Assembly (NCBI GenBank): GCA_964016885.1
Contig: CAXHJY010000194.1
Span: 70,210 to 134,209 of the forward strand
Origin: Eledone cirrhosa
Taxonomy: Eukaryota
Direction of reading: 5' to 3'
Length of the DNA: 64,000 bases
Shown: in pieces, positions 14,150 through 25,340 of the stretch
Layout of the letters: each line of letters opens with the position of its first letter
How positions within the stretch are numbered: the stretch's first letter is position 1
The notes under the pieces: model-generated
What the model was told of the DNA's origin: nothing
What the model saw: only the letters and a program-made list of their open reading frames with translations
The model's database searches: none
Translations under genes and position numbers: made by a program

Positions 14150-14790
14150 AAATGTGGGTGGGTTCTATAGAAGTGGTTGATAGCTTCTGGTACCTAGGTA
14201 ATCAGATTAGCATGGGACGAGGGTGTTCCGAGGCCATAGTATCTAGAATAAAGACGGGTTGGAAGAAGTTTAGGGAGCTGCTTCCTCTGTTGACAAAGAA
14301 GGGTTTCTCCCTGCGTACAACAGGCCGGTTATATGATGCCTGTGTGAGATGCACGATACTACATGGTAGTGAGCCATGGGCAGCAACTGCAGAGGATATA
14401 CGACGGCTGGCGAGAAATGAAGCCAGCATGCTCCATTGGATGTGCAATGTCAATATGCATGAACGACCCAGCATAGATGAGTTGAGAGAGAAACTATGTA
14501 TAAGAGGGATAAGTTGTAGTGTGTGGGAGAGAAGACTGAGGTGGTATGGACATGTGATGCGCATGGAGGATGACTGCTTGGTAAAGAAGTGCCAAGAAAT
14601 CCCAGTAGAAGGAACACGCAGTAGAGGAAGATCACGGATAACATGAGCGGAGGTGGTGAGAGCAGACCTCAGATCACTGAAACTCACGGAGGAGATGATG
14701 AAGGACCGTGACAAGTGGAGAGATGCTGTGCTGAATAGGACCCGTCCCACCCTTGCAAGCAGGGAAAAGCAGACGTAAAATGATGATATA
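14150..14790 (+). mobile_element. RTE-clade LINE 3' fragment
   Basis: Translation IEVVDSFWYLG...WKKFRELLPLL...LHGSEPW...RRLRWYGHVMRM...RGRSR; a diverged relative of 1513-2790. Confidence 0.9.
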
Positions 14791-14950
14791 TTTATATATA
14801 TATATATAAACAGTATTTTTTAACTCATGACAGTTCTAATCATTCTGTCAAGCGATGATGATGATATATATATATATATATGCAACAACCATATATGCCC
14901 AGTTTAGTCATGTTGAACCCAATTAAACTCTCCATTCTTTGTTTTTTTAG

Positions 14951-15003
14951 GATGGACAACCAGTCTGGGAATTACTGCGCCAACTACATTTCACTAGATG
15001 GTG
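14951..15003 (+). CDS. Putative internal coding exon (phase 2-1), (R)MDNQSGNYCANYISLDG
   Basis: Acceptor ctttgtttttttag, donor GTG/gtaagt; 53 nt, phase-compatible with both 9177 and 52702. Confidence 0.7.
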
Positions 15004-15339
15004 GTAAGTTGTCTATAATATATCTATCTATATACCCATCTCTGTTCATTGTTACTCCATGTCTATCTGTATATTTGCCCCTCTCTATGTCCCTTCCTCC
15101 CCTCTGTCAATCCATTCCTCTAGTTATCTATTATATACACCCACCAACTTCTATATATACCCACCTCTCTTTATTGTTTCCCCTCTCTGTCTCAGTATAT
15201 CTGTCTGTATGTCCCCATATCAGTCTGTCTCACTACGTCAGTCTGTCGGCCCCATGTCAGTCTGTCTGGATGTACCAATGTCTGTCTGTCCATATGTCCC
15301 CATGTCTGTCTCACTGTCTGTGTCCTCCATGAGTCTCTG

Positions 15340-16135
15340 TACTCCAATGTTACCCCACCCCACTATACCCAATGTTACCCCACACCACTATACCCAATGT
15401 TACCCCACACCACTATATGTAATGTACCACCCCACTATACCCAATGTTACCCCACACCACTATACCCAATGTTACCCCACACCACTATATGTAATGTCCC
15501 ACCCCACTATACCCAATGCTACCCCACCCCACTATACCCAGTGTTACCCCAACACACTATACCCAATGTTACCCCACCCCACCCCACTATACTCAATGTT
15601 ACCCCACACCACTATACTCAATGTTACCCCACACCACTATACCCAATGTTACCCCACACCACTATACCCAATGTTACCCCACACCACTATACCCAATGTT
15701 ACCCCACACCACTATACCCAATGTTACCCCACACCACTACACCCAATGTTACCCCACACCACTATATCAAATGTTACCCCACCCCACTATACCCAATGTT
15801 ACCCCACCCCACTATACTCAATGTTACCCCACCCCACTATACCCAATGTTACCCCACCCCACTATACCCAATGTTACCCCACACCATTATACCCAATGTT
15901 ACCCCACACCACTATACCCAATGTTTTCCCACACCACTATACCAAATGTTATCCACGCCACTATACCCAATGTTACCCCACACCACTACATCCAATGTTA
16001 CCCCACACCACTATACCCAATGTTACCCCACACCACTATACCCAATGTTTGCTCACACCACTATACCCAGTGTTACCCCACATCAATATGCTCAATGTTA
16101 ACCCACAACAATACCCAATGTTACCCAACACTATT
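15340..16135. repeat. 25-bp minisatellite (ccccacaccactatacccaatgtta)n
   Basis: Direct tandem repetition, about 30 copies. Confidence 0.95.
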
Positions 16136-16325
16136 ATAACTAATGTCCCCACAACAATACAAGATTTTTTTCCAGTATCCATATTTTAATAATACATGTA
16201 ATGTTCAATTTATATTCATATATATATATGTATATGAGTCCCAGGTTCAATTGGAGGTAACCACAGTTAGTAAGGTACTCAATACATTAGTAGAGTGTAA
16301 ACATCATGTTTAATATAGAAATGGC

Positions 16326-16368
16326 TTCTACAGGACTAGAACTTTCATTCAAAAGAAATCATCAGGAA
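16326..16368 (-). ncRNA. Minimal hammerhead-like motif inside a foldback (16308-16423)
   Basis: Minus strand reads UUC-CUGAUGA-UUUC(UUUU)GAAU-GAAA-GUUCUAGUCCU-GUA-GAA. The inverted + arm retains GAAACAG..TAGTCCTGTA. Confidence 0.55.
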
Positions 16369-16429
16369 ACCATCTTTTGAATGAAACAGTTTTAGTCCTG
16401 TAGAAAATATTTCTATATTAAACTTTATA

Positions 16430-16885
16430 TCATCATCATCATAATCACCGTTTTACGTCCATTCTTTCACGCTAGCATGGGTTAGACGAGTTGTCCTGTT
16501 GTGGCAATGCCAGGTCAGGTGACTATGTCTAGCTGATAGAGAACTGATTTTGGCTTGATTTCTACAGCTGGATGCCCTTCCTAGCACCAACCTCATTTAC
16601 AGTGAGTACTGGGTGCTTTTTACCGTGGCGCCTACACGACCACTTTACAGTAGAAGGGGGTGGGGTCATACTGTCTATAAGCTTCAGCTTCGGCTTGTAC
16701 TCACATGAAGTCGGGTCTTCTGAATTACTGCATAATGCCAGAGGTCTCGGTCCTGTGTTATCGCCTTTGAGGGGTGCAATTGGGCAAGATCAGATTTTAT
16801 CACCTCATCCCAGGTCTTCTTGGGTCTCTCTACTCCAAGGCTTCCATCGACTTTTAGTGTTCTGCGCCTTTTTATGCAGCTGCCA
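16430..16885 (-). mobile_element. RTE 3'-end remnant or RTE-tailed non-autonomous element
   Basis: Translation KVDGSLGVERPKKTWDEVIKSDLAQL...DRDLWHY, 3' UTR core ctacagctggatgcccttcc and (CAT)n tail. Confidence 0.8.
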
Positions 16886-17304
16886 AAGTTATTTATCACT
16901 GATGCACTGAAGATCTCAATAAATGATAGTTAAAAATACCACTTACAAAATTCTGTACATATATAGAATAACTTTTACAGAGTTAGCTAAGGGCAGACTC
17001 CTAGCAGAACAACCTAAAATATGCTCTACTCTTAATCTCGCCATTACTGCAGTTTCTTCCGATAAAAAAAATATTGGACATTTCATTATATACAATGGAC
17101 GATATTCAAGACCTTCAGAATCGTTAGATAGCTTCTTTGAAAGTATAATTAAATATCTGCCTGTTTCTGGAGGGAACAGCCATCCATTGCCATTCCGACA
17201 TGGTATAGATTTTCACATGTATGTAGATCAAGCAAACAAGTGTATATTTGTACACAGGACAAAGACAAGTATAAATGCCCCTAGCTAAATTTGTAAAAGT
17301 TATT

Positions 17305-17322
17305 CAATATATGTATATATGT

Positions 17323-17384
<62 letters not shown>

Positions 17385-17573
17385 AGATATATATGTATAT
17401 ATATATATGTATATATATATGTATATATGTATATATATATATGTATATATATATGTATATATGTATATATATATATGTATAGATATATATGTATATATAT
17501 ATATATATATGTGTATATATATATATGTGTATATATATATATATGTATATATATATATGTATATATATATATG

Positions 17574-17604
<31 letters not shown>

Positions 17605-17607
17605 GTG

Positions 17608-17654
<47 letters not shown>

Positions 17655-17657
17655 GTG

Positions 17658-17707
<50 letters not shown>

Positions 17708-17880
17708 TATATGTGTATATATATATATATGTATATATGTATATATGTATATATATATGTATGTATATATATATATATGTGTATATATATATATATGTAT
17801 ATATGTATATATATATATGTATATATATATGTATATATATATATATGTATATATATAGATATATATATATGTATATATAT
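17305..17880. repeat. (TA)n-rich microsatellite
   Basis: Direct reading. Confidence 0.95.
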
Positions 17881-18622
17881 TTAGAAACACACAGATACAT
17901 GCGGACACACACATATATACATGAATGCATCCGCACCCAACTGTGAGTTAAGAGTGCCAACTTCACCGATGTTGCTCAATGAATGACTGGGACAGACCAA
18001 TTCAGTTTGAACCAGACTGAACCAGTATCAGAGTTAAAAATACATTATGAAGAGAGAAGAAACATTTAGATATAATTAGTAATAAAATGTATCATACCTA
18101 AACTGTTCCTAAATTCCTCGACTACGTAGTTTCGTGGCATAAACAAAAACAATATATCAAAGATATAGAGTCCTTGCGAGGTCTGCCGACTTATCAAGAG
18201 GATACCTCATTTTACTAGTCTCAAGAACGCGTCTACACGACGTGAGAAAGAATCCCAAAAGGCGGAGGGGGAGATAGTCACGCGATATAACGGTCGAGAA
18301 ACAGAGCTAAGCCTCTTATAACCACGAAGAAAATACCACGGAGGCGGAGGGGGTATTCATATCGAGGCCGTAGAAGAGGTAGTGAAGAAGGCGAGAAGTA
18401 TGAGTAATGGAAGCTTTCCAGTTGTCCCCACACTTCAAAGATTGCTCGACCAGAGGGAGTTATTAATATATTTAGAAACACACAGATACATGCGGACACA
18501 CACATATATACATGTTTTTGTTTATGCCACGAAACTACGTAGTCGAGGAATTTAGGAACAGTTTAGGTATGATACATTTTATTACTAATTATATCTAAAT
18601 GTTTCTTCTCTCTTCATAATGT
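17876..18622 (-). mobile_element. Penelope-like pLTR or retrozyme-type remnant with a direct repeat, an inverted repeat and a hammerhead motif
   Basis: About 46-bp direct repeat (17877-17922 and 18468-18514); about 108-bp inverted repeat (18041-18149 and 18515-18622); hammerhead at 18116-18201; (TA)n on both sides. Confidence 0.55.
18116..18201 (-). ncRNA. Degenerate type I hammerhead ribozyme (core UUGAUAA)
   Basis: Minus strand reads CCUC-UUGAUAA-GUCGGCA...UGCCAC-GAAAC-UACGUA-GUC-GAGG. Stem I is perfect and stem III is palindromic. Confidence 0.65.
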
Positions 18623-18656
18623 ATATATGTATATATATATATATGTATATATATAG

Positions 18657-18687
<31 letters not shown>

Positions 18688-18705
18688 TATAGATATATAT
18701 ATATG

Positions 18706-18795
<90 letters not shown>

Positions 18796-18905
18796 TGTAT
18801 ATGTATATATATAATATATATATATATATGTATAATCAAGGTTTAGCAAATAGAGAAAAAGTTTTAAAATAAATTTTAAAAACTTCACTGTACTTACTAT
18901 ATTTC

Positions 18906-18987
18906 CCCTTACCGCACGGTTTCAAGTCTCAAAATAAATGGATAATCCATGCAAACCACCATTGAGAAGGAGACTCTCGTCAGAGGG
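18906..18987 (-). ncRNA. Type I hammerhead ribozyme, catalytic core intact
   Basis: Minus strand reads CCCU-CUGACGA-GAGUCUC-(39 nt)-GAGACUU-GAAAC-CGUGCG-GUA^AGGG. Confidence 0.85.
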
Positions 18988-19395
18988 TTCTTCTCACTCG
19001 GAGAATATAAAATTCTCGAGTTCAAATCAAGAACTGGCGACATACAGAACTGTTCCCGGATGAGAGTGGATGATAAAGAAACAATCTTGTCTAGTGCCGT
19101 GTGTAAAGATAGAAGGCAGGGGCGGAAAGGTCAATGTCCTGTCACTAGAAATAGCAGCAGTTAAAAAACGACCAAAATGTTATCTCGACCTTAGGGGAGA
19201 TTAATAATAATAAAGTATGTTTTCCTACGTGCAAAAAATGCGTATAGGGACACATGTATTATCCAACCATATGCCAATGTGGTTCTATGGCAGGTTAATA
19301 AATTAACAAGCCAGAACATATAAAATCAAGGTTTAGCAAATAGAGAAAAAGTTTTAAAATAAATTTTAAAAAGTTTACTGTACTTACTATATTTC

Positions 19396-19476
19396 CCCTT
19401 ACCGCGCAGTTTCAAGTCTCAAAATAAATGGATAATCCATGCGGAACACCATTCAGAAGAAGACTTTCGTCAAAGG

Positions 19477-19477
<1 letters not shown>
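19396..19477 (-). ncRNA. Second hammerhead copy (U3 variant)
   Basis: Minus strand reads UCCU-UUGACGA-AAGUCUU...GAGACUU-GAAAC-UGCGCG-GUA^AGGG. Confidence 0.7.
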
Positions 19478-19545
<68 letters not shown>

Positions 19546-19576
19546 GTATTGCAAACTTGACTGTCACCACTGAATA

Positions 19577-19615
19577 TGAACCTGAAGATTGCGAAAGCAT
19601 GAAAGTACTTGTTCA
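19577..19615 (+). ncRNA. Minimal type I hammerhead ribozyme, core intact
   Basis: Reads UGAAC-CUGAAGA-UUGC(GAAA)GCAU-GAAA-GUAC-UU^GUUCA. Stem I is 5 bp, stem II is GNRA-capped, and stem III is the palindrome AGUACU. Confidence 0.8.
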
Positions 19616-19764
19616 ATTAACATTTAACACTTACTATTCTACCATACTATTTCATTATAATATCATTATAATTTTAAAGGATTGTAAATAAAACAAGTAA
19701 ATCAGACAAAGTTGGAATTCCTTTTATTAATATAATCTTCTATACACAATCATACACACCCATG

Positions 19765-19790
19765 TATATTTATTTATATATATATATATG

Positions 19791-19865
<75 letters not shown>

Positions 19866-20348
19866 GTATATATATATATGTATGTATATATATATATGTA
19901 TATGTATATATATTTATATATCTATATATATATGTATATGTATATATATTTATATATCTATATATATATGTATATGTATATATATTTATATATCTATATA
20001 TATATGTATATGTATATATATTTATATATCTATATATATATGTATATGTATATATATTTATATATCTATATATATATGTATATGTATATATATTTATATA
20101 TCTATATATATATGTATATGTATATATATTTATATATCTATATATATATGTATATGTATATATATTTATATATCTATATATATATGTATATGTATATATA
20201 TTTATATATCTATATATATATGTATATGTATATATATTTATATATCTATATATATATGTATATATATTTATATATCTATATATATATGTATATGTATATA
20301 TATTTATATATCTATATGTATATGTATATATATTTATATATCTATATG

Positions 20349-20379
<31 letters not shown>

Positions 20380-20434
20380 ATGTGTATATGTATGTGCATA
20401 TATATTTATGTATATATATTTATATATATATATG

Positions 20435-20465
<31 letters not shown>

Positions 20466-20504
20466 GTATATGTATATATATATAAATATGCGTGTGTGTG
20501 TATA

Positions 20505-20555
<51 letters not shown>

Positions 20556-20575
20556 ATATATTCACACATACACAC
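19765..20575. repeat. (TA)n microsatellite containing a 36-bp higher-order unit (about 19905-20340)
   Basis: Unit tctatatatatatgtatatgtatatatatttatata repeated about 12 times. Confidence 0.9.
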
Positions 20576-20773
20576 ACTGTAAATGTGGTTGGTGTTAGGA
20601 AGGGCACCCAGCTGTAAAAACCAAGCCCAAATCAGTTCTGTATGAGCAAGACACAGTCATCTGATCTGACCTCTCTCACAATGGGTCAACTGGTCTAACT
20701 AATGCTAGCATGGAAAAATTGACAATAATCGGTGATGTTGCTGATATATATGTGTGTGTGTGTGTGCGTATGC

Positions 20774-20804
<31 letters not shown>

Positions 20805-20909
20805 CATATACATATATATGTGTGTGTGTGTGTGTGCATATACATATATATGTGTGTGTGTGTGTGTGCGTATACATATATATATGTGTGTGTGTGTGTG
20901 TGCGTATAC

Positions 20910-20943
<34 letters not shown>

Positions 20944-21808
20944 AAAGGATGTGTGTTTAGAAAGCAGTCAGCGGGATTTGAAAATTGAAATAGAAGATTT
21001 CACTGTGACTTTGACTAGATTATATAGTGTAACAACAATAGGGCATGTAATCCCAGTGAATGGAGAAAGTTGGGCATCAGTACACATGGGTGCTGATGCT
21101 TATTTTGTTCCATACACTGGGATTATATAACCTATTATTGTTACACTACTTAGTCAAAGTTACAGTGACATCCAATTAAATTTATATATATTTGTATATA
21201 TGTATATATGCATGTGTGGGTGTGTGTGTGTGTATGCATATGTGTGTATATATATGTGTGTCTATATACTAGCGTGGATATTACACGTTAAACGATGATG
21301 AGGATCATGATGATATATATATGTATGTATATGTGTTTGTGTATATATCATCATCATCGTTTAATGTTCATTTTCCATGCTTACATGAGTTGAATGTGCT
21401 ATGTTGTATGGTTAGCTAGGTCAGGCATCCATGTCTTGCTCATGCATTCTATTTTGGGCTTGGCTTCTATGGCTTGATGCCCTTTCTAATGCCGACTACT
21501 GTACAGTCTGTACTGGGAACATGGCTTCTATAACTGAATGCCCTTCCTAACACCAAACACTTTACAGTGAGTACTGGCAATATTTCATCTCTCTCTCTAA
21601 ATATATATATATATATCCGAAGCGGTGGGAGAGATCGTCCTGACGATGGGCAGTCAAGCCTGAAATGCATAGAGGGTTGTCCCCCTTGCTTCTGCTGGAC
21701 ACCACCAGAGGGCGTTACCCACCCACCCCCCGGTGTTTGCATAGCTACGGCTTCCTAAAATCATATTTCTTTAGAAATACGAAATTTCTATATATATATA
21801 TATATATA

Positions 21809-22362
21809 CAGGGTGGTCCAAAAAGATGTATCCATTTTATTATCGGAAGCGAGGAGTAGACATGGATACTGTGATTTATCAGCAGGATGGAGCAACGCCG
21901 CATTGCTCCAATGCTTCACTCGAATACCTCCATCATTACTTCCCTGAAGACAGGCTCATCTCCCGTCGTACGGATCACCCTTGGCCTGCACATTCTCCAG
22001 ACCTATCCTCTTTGGATTATTTTCTGTGGGGATACCTAAAAGACAGGGTCTATGCTAACAATCCCGAAACTATTGATGCGCTCAAGAATAACATTCGAAC
22101 AGAGATCAGGAGAATTCCCCATGACATGTTGGACAGAGTCATTACAAACTTCAATGTGCGAGTAGCCACAGTGATTCAGCGTCAAGGAGCTTGGATTGAG
22201 CACATTATAAACTATTGAGCTGTGCTCGCAAAATGGTGGTATGCGAGGAAAAAACTTACACCACACAAAACTTACAGGTCTATGAAAAAAAATTGTAAAG
22301 TTTTCCTTTCAATAGAAAATGCTACTTTATCAAAAATGGATACATCTTTTGGGACCACCCTG
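21809..22362 (+). mobile_element. Internally deleted Tc1/mariner DNA transposon, DD41D (rosa/Visitor)-like
   Basis: About 30-bp TIRs CAGGGTGGTCC(A/C)AAAAGATGTATCCATTTT flanked by TA. Carries the transposase C-terminus QQDGATPH...WPAHSPDLSSLDYFLWGYLK (about 21840-22218). Confidence 0.92.
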
Positions 22363-23434
22363 TATATATAAAGAGAGAGAGAGAGAGTAAATGTGTTTGG
22401 CATTAGTAAGGGCATCCAGCTATTGAAACCAATACCAGAATCAGTTCTGTATGAGCAAGCCTTAGTCATCTGATCTGGCTTGTCTCACAACGAGACAACT
22501 CTTCTAACCCATGCTAGTATGGCAAAATGGCTGTTAAACAGTGATGATGAGGGTATATATATATATATATATAATTGTTAACGAAGATCGTTGATATCAT
22601 GTTAACGGTCCCTGACCAACATCTAGCTCACTCATTCAATCTGCCAAATTGCAGAAATGCAACTGCAACTAGCTGTTCAGAATGAACACATTTTAGTTAA
22701 TAGCAAGTACGGTGGCTGTGTTTTGGTTGAGATAAAAGTAAAAATCTCAACTCATATATATATATGACAAAAATAAGTTCTTTCTTTATAAACACATTGA
22801 GCTTAAATCTTCTTAATCGCAATTTCTCTTCAACTAACTCTATTTTCTTTTTATTCTATATCTTTCTTTTTATATATTATTTTTTCTTAAATATATAAGA
22901 AAGAAAATATATATACATGTTTGTATATATATGCCTATGTAGTTTTTGTGTTATATATATATATATGTATAAAAATTTCACAAGAAGAGATATCTGCCTT
23001 ATTACAACATGTCAAGATGATCCAAAGCTCAATATGTGTTATTACAAAATCAAACATGGATGGTAAAATCCATAGAGTAAGTTCCAATAATTGCACTTAC
23101 ATTACATCACAAAGCATGAACAGTGAATAATAAACCAAGGGTATGGGTGCTACTACACCTTTACCCTTGGTTTATTATCTACTATATATATATATATATA
23201 TATATATAGATAGATAGATAGATACACACACACATACAGTGAGAGATAGAGCACTCAATCTGGGGGACAAGTCGTATTATATAGATATTTATCTCTATCT
23301 CTCTCTCTCTTGCAATATAACTATATATATAAGTATAAAGAAAGTGCTCAAGTGCAGAAATGCTATAAAGATAGATAATATAATAGGGTGAAGACCCTTA
23401 AAAGACGGAAAAAGAAGTTGCCATCGGCTGATTT

Positions 23435-23466
<32 letters not shown>

Positions 23467-23473
23467 TTGTATA

Positions 23474-23629
<156 letters not shown>

Positions 23630-23701
23630 GTATATATATGTATATGTATATATATATGTGTGTGAGTATTGAAGTTTGCTTGAAGCATTGTGGAATAATA
23701 A

Positions 23702-24244
23702 GGTATATTTCTTTAGGTCGTTTTGGAAGCCTCAACAATGCAGATGGGTAAAACTCTGAGTAACAAGATCCGGTGGTGGAGAGAGAGATGTAAGTGAATG
23801 TAGGTTGAGATGTGTAGCGTGTAGAAGAATGTAGGAAAGAGCGTAAAGGATAAAAATAATAACACGAGATAGAGTTACCTTGGGAGAGATTTAATTGTCC
23901 CTATATATTTCGGATTCACATCCATTAACTGGGAGGGGGGGTTGTCTGTCGGAAAGGTGCGAAACGTGTCCTCCGCTGTTCGTTGTTTTGAATATCCGAC
24001 AGACAACCCCCCCCCCCCCGAAAAAACCCCAGTTGATGGATGTGAATCCGAAATATATAGGGACAATTAAATCTCTTCCAAGGTAACTCTATCTCGTGTT
24101 TTCGCTCTTTCCTACATTCTTCTACACGCTACACATCTCAACCTACATTCACTTACATCTCTCTCTCCACCACCGGATCTTGTTACCCGGAGTTTTACCC
24201 ATCTGCATTGTTGAGGCTTCCAAAACGACCTAAAGAAATATACC
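23702..24244. repeat. Long inverted repeat (arms about 250 bp, 41-nt spacer)
   Basis: 23702-23953 is the reverse complement of 23995-24244, apart from small indels. Confidence 0.95.
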
Positions 24245-24323
24245 ATATATATATCAGCCGATGTTTCATACCCAAGAAAGTATATAAGATATAGACTTAT
24301 TTTGTCTTAGCACCGTGTGAATA

Positions 24324-24370
24324 AATGTCACTGATGATGGATAAAAATTCCAGAACAATTGTCAGGTATT
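24324..24370 (+). ncRNA. Degenerate minimal hammerhead motif
   Basis: Reads AAUGUCA-CUGAUGA-UGGA(UAAAAAU)UCCA-GAAC-AAUU-GUC-AGGUAUU. One A of GAAA is missing; stem III is palindromic. Confidence 0.6.
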
Positions 24371-24489
24371 CCCACTGGCTGCTTAGATAGCTGTGACTTT
24401 AATAGTGGTACTCTTGTATGTTTATTGTACATTAACAGAAGTACGTGATGTCGTTCAGGAAGGAGAAGACTCACATTTCTGAACTACTG

Positions 24490-24610
24490 TGAAGCCACGT
24501 GGCTGAGTGGTTATAGAATTGAATTCATAATCGTGAGGTTGTAAGTTCGATTCCCGGACCAGGCGATGTGTTATGTCCTTGAGCAAGACACTTTATTTCA
24601 CGTTGCTCCT
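24490..24610 (+). mobile_element. tRNA-derived SINE, second family (head and core)
   Basis: A-box tggctgagtgg, B-box agttcgattccc, then ccttgagcaagacactttatttcacgttgctcc, shared with other copies. Confidence 0.7.
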
Positions 24611-25014
24611 CCTGCCTCGATTTGTGACCGATAGATAGTATTAGCAATTGAAAAGAGCAATGGAAACATTGTTTCCCCAGTCCAATTTGACAAACTCCAC
24701 TCCGCTCGTTAAGTGAACGAGGTCTGGGATCGTGTTGATCGACTGTTTCCTTCCTGTAAAGGTATCTACTCCTCAGAGCTGTCACCTTCACTCTGATATT
24801 CCCATCTCACTCATCTTTCCTCTCATCACACATATGTACAAATTCCACAGATCCTGCAATAACCACTATACACAATCCTTCCTCCCAGAATGTCATCCCT
24901 CTGGAATTCTTTCCTAGCAACAATATATATAACTAATTCCTGGTGACCTTGTGATCTGTGACATCTGGACTTCACCACAAACTTCTTTCACAAGTGTTTG
25001 TTTTGTAAATACAC

Positions 25015-25340
25015 AGCTATTGCTGTTGTTCTTGTTTTTTGTTGTTGTTGCTGTTGCTATTGTATCTGTTATTGTGGGTTGTTGTTATTGTTGTTATTGC
25101 TGCTCTTGTTGTTGCTGTTGTTGCTATTGCTGCTGTTGTTGATGTTGTTGGAATTACTACTGCTGTTGATATTAATATTACTACTACTGCTGCTGTTTTT
25201 GTTGTTGCTGTTATTGTTGCTATTGCTGTTGTTGTTGTTGCTATTACTACTGATACTGTTGTTGATGTTGCTATTGCTACTACTACTACTGTTGCTTTTG
25301 CTGTTGCTGTTATTGTTGCTACTGCTACTGTTGTTGTTAC
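25015..25340. repeat. (TTG/CTG/CTA)n trinucleotide tract
   Basis: Direct reading. Confidence 0.9.

Larger units (their letters stand above)
18831..19477 (-). mobile_element. Partial tandem repeat (490-bp period) with a hammerhead in each copy; retrozyme or Penelope pLTR-like element
   Basis: 18831-18987 recurs at 19321-19477; (TA)n on both sides; no coding capacity seen. Confidence 0.7.

Noticed and set aside
15059-16189. Repetitive 200-376 aa ORFs
   Set aside because: A 25-bp minisatellite cycling through reading frames.
24630-24990. Possible CR1/L2-like LINE 3' remnant (SFLP...WNS-like)
   Set aside because: Frameshifted and too short to assign without a search.
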